Positions 23,531 through 37,850 of a stretch of 56,300 bases of DNA are shown here, piece by piece; the first letter of the stretch is position 1, and each line of letters opens with the position of its first letter. The DNA is from Octopus bimaculoides (lineage: Eukaryota): contig NC_068982.1 of NCBI RefSeq assembly GCF_001194135.2, forward strand, positions 153,499,938 to 153,556,237. The letters run 5' to 3'. The notes under the pieces are model-generated. The model was not told the origin of the DNA, made no database searches, and was given only the letters and a program-made list of their open reading frames with translations. A program made the position numbers and the translations under genes.

Positions 23531-24992
23531 AACAGAAATTCAAAGAAATTGCAGTCTCTTTAAATAACTATTAAGTGTTTTCTTTGAAAGTGCAATAAAT
23601 ATGTAAAATGTAATATCGCACTTAACAGAATCATCTACAACAGGATTGCTTATTGCGAGTGTTTATCTTTACTGATATGTTAAGTTTAGGTCTCAGAAAG
23701 GGGCTAAGTAGTTTTCAACTTTAGAAATAACAAAGATATTATACAGCGAAATATGAAATAAATTGCCAGAAAATGTAGTGTTATGAAGTGGAAACAAAAT
23801 ACACGAATGCCAATGCTGGAATGACTCTGTCCATATGCAACCTCATTACACTGAGGATACCTTCTTTGCAAAAGGCTGTAACATTTCGTAAAATCCTGCT
23901 CTTCCAACATTATAGAAAGAAAGGCATTGACTTATACATGATTGGATAGTTATGTTATAATCAAAGGTGTTCTTTATTTAGGTAGATATGTTACAAAAAC
24001 ATTTTTGTTATTTATAAGACTTTTTTTATAGTGAGAGTTGTGTGGTTGAAGGAATATTCCTTTATACTTTAATAATATGTATTCAATATGTGTAGCGCTT
24101 GTGCATTGGATTTGTTATATCCATATTGGAAGATATATGTCTATTTTTGCTTTTGTTTAATTTTTACTTAGCACTCCTCGGCATTTTATTCTGTTCCATA
24201 AATTTTATGTCCTAATATTTCTTCCTCCTATCATTGTAATTCATGCACTTTCCTTGGAGAAACCTGGAGATAGCTTTCCCTGAAAAGGTCTCGTCAGTAC
24301 ATGAGTTAATATTACATTTGATGTTTCCCCAAATACTATATCAACTCTTAATAGCTTACTAAATTCTAGGCATGATCTAAATTTGCGTTAGCGCACGTAA
24401 TTTTCAACTTTCAACTGGCAGGACACTATCTCAATTTTATGTCAAATCGGATTTTAACTTCACTTCACTCAATCCTTTCATTAGGCTAACATCAACATCT
24501 GCAGCAATTTCCCAAATGTCTCACTTAAGTAAATGTAATCAATGTTATGTAATGTCATAATTTATTGAAATTGAAATATTTTCGTGCATATTTCAGCTCA
24601 GAAAATGTGTGTCGCCAGAATATTGCTTATTTCGATAGCTGACTGGCACATAAGTCTGTCTGACATCACTATAATGAACTTAGTCCCGCGCCAATGCGTG
24701 GCTTCTACATCCAGCGCTCAGAGCCTCTCGCGCTAATCACTTTTCCTCCAATTGCAACCATTGTTATTTCAAACTTCGTAAGTCTCTCACAAACCGTTAT
24801 CCTCGTTCTTTTCTACCGAAAACATTGTCCTTCTGGAATGTCCTTCATGCCCGTGCTTTTTTTCCTGCAGTTATAGACTTGCAACAGTAGAAACAGAACA
24901 TGACCCTCGTTACTACACCAAATCTCAGAGAGTTTATAATAGCCATGGGGAGTAAAAGATTAAAACAACTTCAATGCTTTCTAGTTCCCAAT

Positions 24993-26212
24993 AATTAGGT
25001 CGTTCCATAAACAATGCGGGTTTTATACTTCTTTCATTTTCCAAAATATGATAAACAAAGTTCTTTTTTTCATCTAAAACATACTCCCTTCATTGTCTAC
25101 AATGCTCTTCCATCTATGTAAAAGAATTGCAAGGCTCCTCTTCCAAAATTTCCTTGCCTGTGATGAAAAATACTTCTCCAGTACTGTTCTGACTACGTCT
25201 ACAAAATTCACATTTTTTCTGTCCAAGTAATTTTGAAGACTGCAGAATAAATGATAATCTGGTGGGGCATCGTTTCCATTCAAAATGCTTCAGCCTTTGG
25301 AATGTTTGTGGGCGAGCATTTTCCTGATGGAAGAAAAATGGTCGTTTTTTTCTTATAGCGCTAACTTAAGCCGGTCAGGCAGTTCACAGTAGATCTCCTT
25401 TGTTATCGTTTGATTTGGATTTAAAAGTTGATTTGAGTTTAAAATCTTTTATATCCCACCAAACAGATAACAATACATTACGTGAGTGAAGACCTTCTTT
25501 GGCCTGGTGTGCCAGTATTTCACCTTTCCCTAACCACTGTCTTCGTTGCTTGACATTTTTATAGAGAATCCATTTCTTGTCACCAGTCAATATTCGGTCC
25601 AAAATAAGTTCATTCGTGAGACGTGTCAGGAAAGTTGAGTACACATTCATACTCTGCGCAATTAGACTCGGAAAGTCTGTGAGCAACCCATTGACTGAAT
25701 TTACTGACTTTTCCGATGGCACACAGATGTTAATGAATGGTTGAATGATCAAATCCAAGCTTCTCTGCTACTTCCTCAACAGTTACTATGGGACTTTATT
25801 CCACCAGGGTTTTGCAGGACGTCCTCGTCGTGTTCTATATATCTTCCAGGACGATGCTCATCTCCTAGGCTGCACTTTCCGGCTCGGAATTTCTGGAACC
25901 CACGTTGTCACTGTTTTACGCTTAATGGTCGATCCCCATATACTGCATTAATATTCTTCGCACTTTCCATTGCGTTGTTGCCTTTATTGAACTCATGAAG
26001 CAAAATATGCCTAATATGCTCCTTTGTCACTTCCATTATAGCTTTGAAAAAATAACTGTTAAAATCGAACTGCACTCTTCAAAACTTGCAGTAAGAATAA
26101 GGACAAAGTAAAATTGCTACCTGCTTTTATAACAAGTTGATGCAGCTTATCCCGTCCCCCTCCGACGTTTAGATCATATAAGTGAAAAAGTTATTTATGG
26201 GATGACCCAATA
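24993..26212 (-). mobile_element. Near-full-length mariner (~1.2 kb) with pseudogenised transposase 26036-25074
   Basis: TIRs attaggtcgttccataaacaa / attgggtcatcccataaataa (17/21 identical). MEVTKEHIRHILLHEFNKG, WVAHRL, ILTGDKKWILY, LLSVWWD, HQENARP, PPDYHLF, with multiple stops. Confidence 0.92.
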
Positions 26213-26689
26213 TATATTACACAATTATTTGTGTAATATAGGAACTAATTGTACTTCAACATAACATTATGTTAATGCATATAATACTGATCGAATGTTC
26301 TTGGCTTAAAATATTCTATATCAATATTTCTGTAATTTTATCGTCAAGTATAATATAAAATGATGATATATATAATAATGGTACATTTATTTGATAATAG
26401 TCAAATAATCGCTGAATTTATTCAATAGTGAACATTGAAGTCTTAGAAGGTTCAACTTAAAATCTGAAATAGTCTGTATTTCCCCTGATTGTCTCACATC
26501 TGACATATTACTGAAATATTATATTCAGACTTTAAAGTTTCAGAAGTTGAATTGATTTTTTTGTTAGCTGTCGGTGATATCTATTGTCTGAAAACAATTT
26601 ACTGAAAGCTATTTCGTTAAATAAAGGCTTGAGACACACACATTTATATATATACATACATACGTGTATACACACACTCATACATAAAT

Positions 26690-26704
<15 letters not shown>

Positions 26705-26727
<23 letters not shown>

Positions 26728-26746
26728 GTGTGTGTGTGTGTGTGTG

Positions 26747-26790
<44 letters not shown>

Positions 26791-26800
26791 TGTGTGTGTG
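26705..26800. repeat. (AC)n directly followed by (GT)n: self-complementary microsatellite
   Basis: ...cacacacacac|gtgtgtgtgtg... at 26727/26728. Confidence 0.9.
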
Positions 26801-27964
26801 TTGAAACAAAGTCATCGTTATTCAACAATTCCAATTGTTTACCAAATTTTTCACGAAGTTTCTGATAAGGGATAGTTCATCTATTATTGTGGGAAGAAAA
26901 ATATGCAAACAAACAAAAAAATTATTGTCCCAGGTCCCACTGAGGTAAGATGGGTATGTGCAAAAAAAAAAAAAAAAAGAGATGTTAAGCAACTGAAATT
27001 TTAATGGGGCAGTATCAAGTTCAATACTTTAGTCATTTTGGCGTGTTAAACTATATATTTCTTTGTTTTTCCGTTACTCTCTTGCCCACACACTCACGTC
27101 ATTTTTAACTCATTCCTCATGTTGCACAGACCACTACGATTATGATAACTACCATACTCATCATTTAATGGTATGATTTAACAGGTGGTTATATCAAACT
27201 TTCGCTAATTGTTTTAAGTGCTTATATAGTCAAAAGCAACGACACACACCCGGTTCTTTCTCACTTCGGTTCCATAGCAAATGAATCATTTAACAGCTGG
27301 AGAGAAAGAGGCTTTACTAACATTAGGAAGGTAGTCATTTTCACATATATGCAAACCGGGATTTTCATCATAGTGCTAGCCTAATTTTAACTGTTTAATA
27401 TAATTCAAAATTCCGATTTTTGGCATTTTTCCGGAATCTCCGTAACCGAAAAGCTGGGATTTTGGCAAAACATTTTTTTAAAAAGAAATAATTTGCGAGA
27501 AAATGGGGGTGGGGCGGGAGGAAGTCTTTCCAAAAATAGTAGTTGAAAAAGAGGAAAAAAAAACCCTAAAAGCAGTAGAAATGCACGAAAGATTATGGTG
27601 GTGTCGTGAAGTAAACGTGCTTCAAATACACTCGTTCATTCATACGAACGTAACTGAGATGACATATGTCATAAATAACAGTGACAAACGAAATAAACAC
27701 CGCCGAAAGTTGTTGTTGACAAACAACAGCAGTAACTTTATTCAACTATAATAGACGACATTGATTGGTTGAAATTACCCAAATACGACAACTTTAACAC
27801 GAAATAACTTCGAAAATACGAACTTTCTCAACAACGCTAAGCGTAAAAGATGTTCTATATGACACTTTCTACCAGTATCCGAAGTTTGAAAGTATTTAGT
27901 TTTAGAAAATTAATCTATCGACCTGCCTATCAAAAAGAAAAGATCCCTATCATTTTCTCTGATT

Positions 27965-28460
27965 GTTCACCGTCAGATGCTCAGCAACGTTGGCATAATC
28001 AATAGAACAGCATGACTGTAGACGTATTGTATCAAGCATAACCATTGCAGTGTACTACCAAGCACTGCATCACATTGAAAATAGTGTACAGTCATTCGCA
28101 GCCATGGAATTTTAACAACGTGTGTATAGTCAGCTACATTATTATGAACCACAATTGTTACTCGCAGTTGAGAAATTATTTCAACAATCATCTATAATAT
28201 TCAACAATTCGAGCGATATATTCACAAAGATACAGCGAGGTAAATAACAAGCTTATACAAAAATTAAAACAGCAGTAACATCTAAATCGGGTGGTATAAT
28301 TTTAGCTGATGCTTCTGGTGGATTGAGAAAAAAATCGTTTTGAACAGCTTGATAGCAGGAAAAAAGGTGTTCACACATTGAAGTTGCTGTTGAAATGACT
28401 TCCTCCGGAATTACAGCAACACGTATCAGAACTGCTGACATGTAGAAGACCTACTTAAAC
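27965..28460 (+). mobile_element. Helitron Rep/Hel relic including PIF1 helicase motif I region
   Basis: PSDAQQRWHNQ*NSMTVDVLYQA, VYYQALHHIENSV, QAYTKIKTAVTSKSGGIILADASGG, VLNSLIA and TSSGITATRIRTA correspond to Helitron GGIFFLDAPGGTGKT...ASSGIAATLL.GGRTAH. Confidence 0.7.
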
Positions 28461-31400
28461 TACATTTTAACTCACGCTCAAACTTGCACACAATGACAGT
28501 CGTGGGTGCAGTATTGGCAAAAAATCTGCACAGGTTTTGAAGTAGCCTAAATTTAAAGTACACAAATTTAAAGTATGTCTTAACGGCCAAATTTAAAATG
28601 TGTCTTACAAACTAGCATTTCAGGTTCTCGTTGTAACTTAGAAATCTTAGAGGTAAAACTAATATTATAATGGTAGTTTTGTACTTTGATTGTCCTAAAA
28701 TACATAGGCTGATGTGTAGTGAACATGCTAATATACTGTTATATTTGAATATGTTTCGAGGACTACATTGACTCTGAAATGGAAGAGTTGTTAGAGTATC
28801 AGACGAAATATATTGCGAACTTTATTCTTGTACATTACATTCTGAGCTCAAATACCACCAAGTTAACTTTATTTTTCATCCTGCAGGAATCGATAACACA
28901 GAAGGTTAGGTGGAAAGATTGCCGCAAACGTTAGGGTGTCTCACACGATGCTTTGTAGTATTTATTTCTGACTCTTTCAATCTAAAATCAAAACCTGCCT
29001 TGGATTCAATTTACTAAGTATGGTTTGTAGACATAAGTTGTCTCCCTGTTTAACATTATCATCTAATCTTTAGGTGCTTTCACGGAGTCAATTCGGTTGC
29101 AATACTCGCGTCAGGTGTTCCTTCTTTCCTCATCTAAACGCGTATGCATGGAAAATACTCATGGGTATTGCCCTTTCCTACTGACAAAGAAATAGAATAC
29201 TACTACTCTGTCGAACTAATAATATTTCATCGCTTCTCCTTTTATCAATTTATTATTTCTTGTACTGATAATTCCAAATGTGTTTTCTTACATATTGACT
29301 CATGCAAGGAAAAAGCTTTTTTCTTTTACTTGCTAACTACTCCACCGCATCGTTTGTTCCTCTTGTGTAACATTAATATCTGTTATAAGACGTATACATA
29401 GTGCGACAGAATTATTTCAAAATGAACATTGCATTTAGCTTTAATTTCAAGTTAGTATTTCTTACATAATTTACATAACATCCTTGGCAAAAATGAAAAA
29501 CACTTTAGTGTCACCCAATGTTTGTGCTCTGTATGAATTCGTTCTGAAGTGTTATCTAGTAAACGCTGTCCTTTAAGGCAAACATTGAAGTGATCCACTA
29601 TATCAACATCCTTGATGAAGTATTCATTGTACTGTTTTAATTAGGAAATATATATCTAGATTTTGTAACTTTTCAGTGTTATGATTAATTTCGAAATATT
29701 CTACAGAATCTGTTTGAAGAATTCTTTGAAATTCATGTTTGTACTATGCTGAAGATACATTATGTCAGAAATTTACCAGTATAGATTCTGATAGTAATTC
29801 ATTACACTTTGGCACGGCAGTGATAATAAAACTAACACCCTTTTTATTCTACATTCTCTGATTAAATTTGTCACGATTTTATTCTCGCTTCAAATGATAG
29901 TTTTTAGTTTGGTGTACGCTATTAGCATTCGCAAGAATTCTCACAGTTTGTTTCCTTTAAAGTTCCTTTGAACAACCAAATCACAGATCTTTCTGTCCGA
30001 AATGCCTTTTTATATCTTTCGCTCTATCAGTGGGATAGCATTTTCTTTTAATGTCTCTCATCTGCTTTCTATTAAGCTTTTTTATCAATTTTATTCCACT
30101 GTACGTTCGTCATTACTTATCAATCTTTCCTTCAGAATGTCTGGCTATATAATATACATCACGTTGGATGAAGACTGCTATAATTTATGATTATATTTCT
30201 AGTGGACATTTCAAACGTGTCTATTTATGCTTTGATCATAGGAATGACTTCTATATCAGTCAGTTGCAACAGCCCACCGGTGTTAATTGAATCAAAAAGG
30301 TCGCAATATTCAGTTTCGATTTTAACACTAATTTCTGCTTTTTGTACATAACGTTTTTTCAGCTTTCATCTATTACATCGACACTACCAATTTTATCTCA
30401 TAATTTTTTAGTTCTCCAATGACTATTCATGATTTTTACTACTTCTTAACGTTAATATATTCAATTTTAAAATAACAAATTTAATATTTAGAAAAGAAAA
30501 GCAGAAGCAGAATAGAAAGGGTAAATTATGATCTAGAGCTAAATTTTGCTTATAATCAACTAATGTTTGGGCTCGAGAGATTCTTTCTTAAGTTAATATC
30601 CAATTATAGTTTTCCCAAGTGGTGTCTGCAACGATATTAGGAAAATATAATTTCTTGGAATATATATATCCTTAAAGAAATAGATCAAAATCGTTGACAA
30701 ATTTCATTCGCAATAATCATGCATTTCGTTTATGCTTTCTTAAATCAGTTTCTCTTGCTGCTGGTTACATCTTCAGCCCTATTTGAACTGGCCCATGTTA
30801 GAAGATGTCCCAGACGTGAGTATCTACTTCTTTTGTAGATACAAAATTACATTGTTCAATGTATTTTGTCTGTTTTAGCCACGGCAATGAAAGTTTTTAT
30901 TCATTGGTATCAATGACTAGCCCTTAAATGAACCGTGGTCAAATAACTGTAGTGGACGACCTGATAGTATTTTAGGAGGTATTTTTAGCAGAGCGAGCTT
31001 CTTCAAGGGCCTGAAATGCTTTCTTTTGGTCTTGTGCGTATTAAATGATAGAAAATCACTAAACGTTGGAATTTCACATTTCATATGAAAATCTTTCATA
31101 CATACAGTAGATCTTTTATAGTGGTCCTAATTACCAAATTCTATTACTCATGACTTGATGTAAGTCTATACTTTATCTATTGTATGATTGCCTTTGTCAC
31201 CAACGAACTATATCTTATTATAATCAGGCAATTAGGTTATCACTCACGGTGTCTAAACATTATTTCTTACTCTCCTGCCAAAGAAAAGCTCACACAATAA
31301 TTACTTAGTGGGTTACCACTTTTTCAACGATCCAATTATGCGATTAAACGAAGAAAAAGCAAAGCGCGGTTAAGCCCGAAAACTGATACATCCTCACCTT

Positions 31401-31494
31401 CACATCATTTATACGCAAATACATACATGCACACACAAACACACATACATACACGCACGCAGACACACACATATACGCACAGACATACATACAC

Positions 31495-31575
31495 ACGCGC
31501 TGAAATACTGAGGAATCTACAGCTACTCTATACAGATTACAAGTTCAGGTTTATACCTGTAATTATTGAGGCACC
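31495..31575 (+). mobile_element. Short RLE-clade LINE C-terminal fragment
   Basis: EILRNLQLLYTDYKFRFIPVIIEA resembles the region before the P(I/V)(I/V)VGALG motif of RLE endonucleases. Confidence 0.4.
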
Positions 31576-31858
31576 GATGAAAGTAATAAAGTGCTACGGA
31601 GGCACTCGACTATGAGAGCACTGTATCTTATAGTAGTAAAAGCTCTAAGCTAATCAAGTTTTATAAGATGTTCATTTATTCCTTTGTCACATTTCTTTCT
31701 TATTACGGCTCTATACTCAGCCAACTCTATGTTCTGAAACATATACAAACACACACACATACACACACACGCATACATACTTACATCCATACAAAAATTT
31801 ATATATATATGTATATGTGCATATATATATATATATGNNNNNNNNNNACATACATACA

Positions 31859-31890
<32 letters not shown>

Positions 31891-33197
31891 CATACGTTTC
31901 TCTGTTTGCTTTTTTCCGTTGTTCGATAAAATGTTCGTTTTTTGTTTTCTTATTTATGTTATGGGTTTTTCGTTTATCATTGTGTTTAACGTTTTTTTCA
32001 TGTCCTGTACCCATATATGCATGTATGTATACATATAAATTTAGGTATGTACATATATGTATGGATATATGCATATATCTATATATTTATATTATTATAT
32101 GATCGAACGCCACGCATCCTTTTCCAAGTAAGTTTTATTTATATATATATATATACACACACATAAGAAATGTATGCTGTTTGCGCCTACTTTTAATGCA
32201 AATATATTAATACATCTATCATTTTAGCCGAGTCTTTATACACTTGCAATTTGCAATCTTATTCCACTAGGAATGACTGCATTGTAACAAAGATGTGAAT
32301 TTTCACGGATTGATATTAAGTAAGCTACCAAATCTGTTTATAATGTTTATACTTCAATATATTACACAAGCGCGCGGGCGTACAGACGCACGCGCGCACA
32401 NNNNNNNNNNNNNNNNNNNNNNNNNNNNNNNNNNNNNNNNNNNNNNNNNNNNNNNNNNNNNNNNNNNNNNNNNNNNNNNNNNNNNNNNNNNNNNNNNNNN
32501 NNNNNNNNNNNNNNNNNNNNNNNNNNNNNNNNNNNNNNNNNNNNNNNNNNNNNNNNNNNNNNNNNNNNNNNNNNNNNNNNNNNNNNNNNNNNNNNNNNNN
32601 NNNNNNNNNNNNNNNNNNNNNNNNNNNNNNNNNNNNNNNNNNNNNNNNNNNNNNNNNNNNNNNNNNNNNNNNNNNNNNNNNNNNNNNNNNNNNNNNNNNN
32701 NNNNNNNNNNNNNNNNNNNNNNNNNNNNNNNNNNNNNNNNNNNNNNNNNNNNNNNNNNNNNNNNNNNNNNNNNNNNNNNNNNNNNNNNNNNNNNNNNNNN
32801 NNNNNNNNNNNNNNNNNNNNNNNNNNNNNNNNNNNNNNNNNNNNNNNNNNNNNNNNNNNNNNNNNNNNNNNNNNNNNNNNNNNNNNNNNNNNNNNNNNNN
32901 NNNNNNNNNNNNNNNNNNNNNNNNNNNNNNNNNNNNNNNNNNNNNNNNNNNNNNNNNNNNNNNNNNNNNNNNNNNNNNNNNNNNNNNNNNNNNNNNNNNN
33001 NNNNNNNNNNNNNNNNNNNNNNNNNNNNNNNNNNNNNNNNNNNNNNNNNNNNNNNNNNNNNNNNNNNNNNNNNNNNNNNNNNNNNNNNNNNNNNNNNNNN
33101 NNNNNNNNNNNNNNNNNNNNNNNNNNNNNNNNNNNNNNNNNNNNNNNNNNNNNNNNNNNNNNNNNNNNNNNNNNNNNNNNNNNNNNNNNNNNNNNNN

Positions 33198-33369
33198 CAT
33201 ATATACGACGGGCTGCTTTCACTTTCCGTCTACCAAATCCACTCACAAGGCTTTAGTCGGCCCGAGGCTATAGTAGAAGACACTTGCCCAAGGTGCCACG
33301 CAGTGGGACTGAACCCGGAACCATGTGGTTGGTAAGCAAGCTACTTACCATACAGCCACTCCTGCGCCT
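33198..33369 (-). mobile_element. SINE family C, 5' half (rest in gap), low-divergence copy
   Basis: Reverse complement ggcgcaggagtggctgtatggtaagtagcttgcttaccaaccacatggttccgggttcagtccc; aligns closely with 40925-41090. Confidence 0.88.
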
Positions 33370-33382
33370 ATCTATCTATCTA

Positions 33383-33428
<46 letters not shown>

Positions 33429-33827
33429 TAAGAAATGTATGCTGTTTGCGCCTACTTTTAATGCAAATATATTAATACATCTATCATTTTAGCCGAGTCT
33501 TTATACACTTGCAATTTGCAATCTTATTCCACTAGGAATGACTGCATTGTAACAAAGATGTGAATTTTCACGGATTGATATTAAGTAAGCTACCAAATCT
33601 GTTTATAATGTTTATACTTCAATATATTACACAAGCGCGCGGGCGTACAGACGCACGCGCGCACATACACACACATACACACGCACTTACACACATACAC
33701 ACAAATATACACACACACATAGGTATCTATGTTACGTCAGTTAATATTTGTATATCCATGCATAGAGGTATATGTATATGAACACACAAACACACACACA
33801 CACACATATATATATATGCATATATTT

Positions 33828-33858
<31 letters not shown>

Positions 33859-34633
33859 CATATATATATATATAAAATAAGAGGGATGACCAGCAAAAGT
33901 GGACTCCTATATGCNNNNNNNNNNGCAAAAGTGGACTCCTATATGCTAGAAATAGATGCCGAATCATCTAACCACGAAAAAAATATATGTTCTCAATAAA
34001 AATTCAGCGACATAACAGACTGTAAAAGGGGAAGACAAATGAAAAAATACTAAATAAAAACGATTAACCTACGTACCATGGTTTTCACCTGTTAAAATTT
34101 ACATAAGTAAATATTTGCAGGATCGTCATTTAGAGAATTAACATTGCTTGTTTTCACCTTTTCGATATCAGTGAAGAATTTCACTGGAAAAGAAGATATA
34201 AGATTGCCAGGTTTTTGTCTCTCTCGCCAAGGTCAGCAGCTATCGAACGCCGACGAAGGGAAATAACNNNNNNNNNNNNNNNNNNNNNNNNNNNNNNNNN
34301 NNNNNNNNNNNNNNNNNNNNNNNNNNNNNNNNNNNNNNNNNNNNNNNNNNNNNNNNNNNNNNNNNNNNNNNNNNNNNNNNNNNNNNNNNNNNNNNNNNNN
34401 NNNNNNNNNNNNNNNNNNNNNNNNNNNNNNNNNNNNNNNNNNNNNNNNNNNNNNNNNNNNNNNNNNNNNNNNNNNNNNNNNNNNNNNNNNNNNNNNNNNN
34501 NNNNNNNNNNNNNNNNNNNNNNNNNNNNNNNNNNNNNNNNNNNNNNNNNNNNNNNNNNNNNNNNNNNNNNNNNNNNNNNNNNNNNNNNNNNNNNNNNNNN
34601 NNNNNNNNNNNNNNNNNNNNNNNNNNNNNNNNN

Positions 34634-34673
<40 letters not shown>

Positions 34674-34738
34674 GCGTAAAAAGATGATAGGGTAAAGAGT
34701 AAAGGAATGTCAGATAGAAGGAATGAGGGGTAATGGAG

Positions 34739-34776
<38 letters not shown>

Positions 34777-35294
34777 AGAGATAGAGAGAGAGAGATAGAG
34801 AGAGAGAGCGGTATAATAGTGTAAAAAGAAAAGAAGTTTCAGATATGTAGTGATAGAGACGAATTGATGGGGCAGAGAGAGTGGGTAGAGGTAGTAATAT
34901 GGTGGAATGAAGAATTTGGGAATATAGATTAAGTTGGTGGGCAGGTCAGTGCTCTTCAGTAGAAGAAAATATATATGTAAAGATGTATACAGATGCATAT
35001 GTTAAATTTGTATATATATATTTATACAAATATTCATACATATCAGCATCTACACGTACAACTCGTACTCATATGTATATGTACATATGTATACGCATAT
35101 ATACGAATATCTGTACGTATTATCGCCCTTGTACACGCAGGTATATATTATCTTATATGTATACTATTCTGCCTAAATAATGGATCTACAAATGCAATAT
35201 CCCTGTATATCACACATCTATTTTCATTCCTCCATTTCACTCTCTATTTCCTATCTTATCTAAATTAACTATTGCTTAACTATCCTCTCACACC

Positions 35295-35342
35295 GTCTCC
35301 GATGAAGGGATATAAAAAATATCCTGGAAACAGCTGTAGGAC
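35295..35342 (+). ncRNA. Minimal type I hammerhead ribozyme with palindromic helix III loop (second family)
   Basis: GTCT CCGATGA a GGGATAT-aaaaa-ATATCCT g GAAA C-AGCT-G TA^ GGAC. All three helices pair and the cleavage triplet is GUA. The core has U4>C. Confidence 0.75.
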
Positions 35343-35565
35343 CTATTAATAAATGTTCGAAAATCTTCACAACCTTGGTTTTTTTTATCTCATTCTAAAA
35401 AAAAATTGTATCAACACATGCTGATATATGACCTACGTTTGACCCCTTATTCGCATTATCACCGAGCCTATTTAACTATGGTCTGTCCATAGCAATTACT
35501 CAACATTACCTGACACCTTTGGGTCTTAATGACACCATTACCTCTCGTAACCTATATATATATAC

Positions 35566-35665
<100 letters not shown>

Positions 35666-37252
35666 GTGTGTGTGTGTATGTATATATGTATACATACGTA
35701 CTTATAGTTATACATGCACATATATGAGTATAACCATATGTAAGTGTGCAACCCTGTACGTATGCACAGGGACAGATAGAGAAACACGTGCATGTGCATA
35801 TACATAAACATATGATTAGAAAGCGTTCCCACTGTATTTTCACCCAGACAGTAGTATACCTTTATCTCTATATACTCTTTTCACCATTGAATTTTCAATT
35901 TGATTTAACTCATATTACCAATGTGTATTCTGAGCTACAAAGAAAATGCTATTCCCTCCTCTTATTATCATTATAATCCTCACCGTCATTATTAATATCC
36001 GTGTCATCGTGATAATGATCATCATTATCATCATCACAAACGTGACTGCCGCCATATTGTTCAGTATCATTGCCATTATACTTGTTTTCAAAGAGTGTAA
36101 TCTTTTTCAATAACATACATCATGTGAAAGACCCTGCGATTATTCTCAGTCATAATCTATATCATGTTTTGTATCAAATCATTAGTAGTCCCTTTTAATA
36201 CTCTCTTGATAATATACTTAATGTTACCTCCGAGAGCACCAGCGAAGGATGAGAATATAATGTATTTTGTCAGTTTAAAAACATCGATGTAAAGAAAAGT
36301 CTTAAAGTAATATATATTTGGGAAATGGAATGATGCAATTCTAAGTTTGTAATATTAGATAAAACATAACATTAAGTGATTGATGAAAAGAAAAAAAATA
36401 TTGTAGTTGTAGTTAGAAAATAACATGAAAGACTTACAGATAAAATCGTGAGTAAAAGAGAACATAAAATCTAAATTTTAAATATATGAAATTTTTGCAG
36501 AAATTATAGGCTGAAAGCATATAAACACGAAGCAAACCTTTATACAAATACATAGACAACACAGCATAATTTCCTCTACCCACTTTTAAGCACATCACAA
36601 AGATTTTAAGTGCTCTTACCTCATATCCAATGAAATTACTGTAAACTTTTACTACCATCAATATAAATGTAACACATATAACACTCATCTGGCTTTATTG
36701 ATAATGTTCACTGTTATATGTATTTTTCTTTTATTTTGTTTCTCAGCACACAAACAACAGCATTACGAGTAATTGATGATCACCATTGCCTCAATGGTCA
36801 TTCACCCGTAACATATTTTCTAACACAACTCTATGAAGTCCTCCAGTATAGTAACTGCTGAACTTGAAAGCGTATCAGTTCCATCCTTAAAACCTTGCTT
36901 AGAAATATAAATTGCCCCTTATTTGTGATTTGCTAGAAAATACGAGCAGCTCTATATTAAATTTGTTACAAGAATTTCTGCGCGTTCTCTCACCAAACAA
37001 ATGGGAAAGCACGCACAAGTACACTCCCTCAGAAATTACACACACACACATATATGAATGAGAAACTACTTGATGAATGTTACCTCCCTCTCCTTCACTC
37101 TCTCTCTCTCTCTCTACCCGTCTTTCTCTCCCACTCGCTTTAATCTATCTCTCTTCCTTTAACATCTTTTTCGCCCTAGCTATTATACCACCGCCAATAA
37201 AAACTATCAAATATTACATATGCACGTGCACAAGTATATCAAACGTATTTGT

Positions 37253-37302
<50 letters not shown>

Positions 37303-37544
37303 TTGTGCACTTGCATATATATATATGAAAATAGCGTTTTTGTTTTAAAAAAACAACGCACACGTCCTAAAACGTACACATCTGAGTCTGTTGTAGATCA
37401 ACCAACACATTGAAATGCAACTCGATTTTCGAAAATTCTTCCCTGAAGAAGTACCCAATAAACCAGTTTGAACATGAAGATCTAGATTAAATTAACTTCT
37501 CTATAGTACGCCAATTATCTCTGTTCCTCTATTATGATCTAACT

Positions 37545-37850
37545 TCTCACCAGGCACTCCCGCTCTTAGCTGTGGCGTTTTGTCTTAGAAATCACTTAGC
37601 GACCATACTGGTGCTTGTGTCACGTATAAAGCACCTGTGCTGGTACCACATAGAAAGCAACTGCACTGCTACCACATAAAATGCACCTAGTATAATTTGT
37701 AAAGTCGTTCGCGTTAGAGAGCATTAAGTCGTAGAAACCATGCTAAAGCAGATAATGGAGAATGGTGCAGCTCTCCGACGCGCCAGCTCCTGCCAAAACG
37801 TCCAACACATGCCAGAATGAAAAATGGACGTTAAATGATGATGATGACTT
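37545..37850 (+). mobile_element. SINE-like element with RTE-type 3' tail
   Basis: Ends ...gtccaacacatgccagaatgaaaaatggacgttaaatgatgatgatga. The internal short repeats (aaagcac..ctgg/tgctaccacat) and the (TGA)n tail are typical of RTE-mobilised SINEs; family assignment is inference. Confidence 0.5.

Noticed and set aside
33893-33946. 22-bp direct repeat across a 10-N gap
   Set aside because: This is an unmerged contig overlap (assembly artefact).
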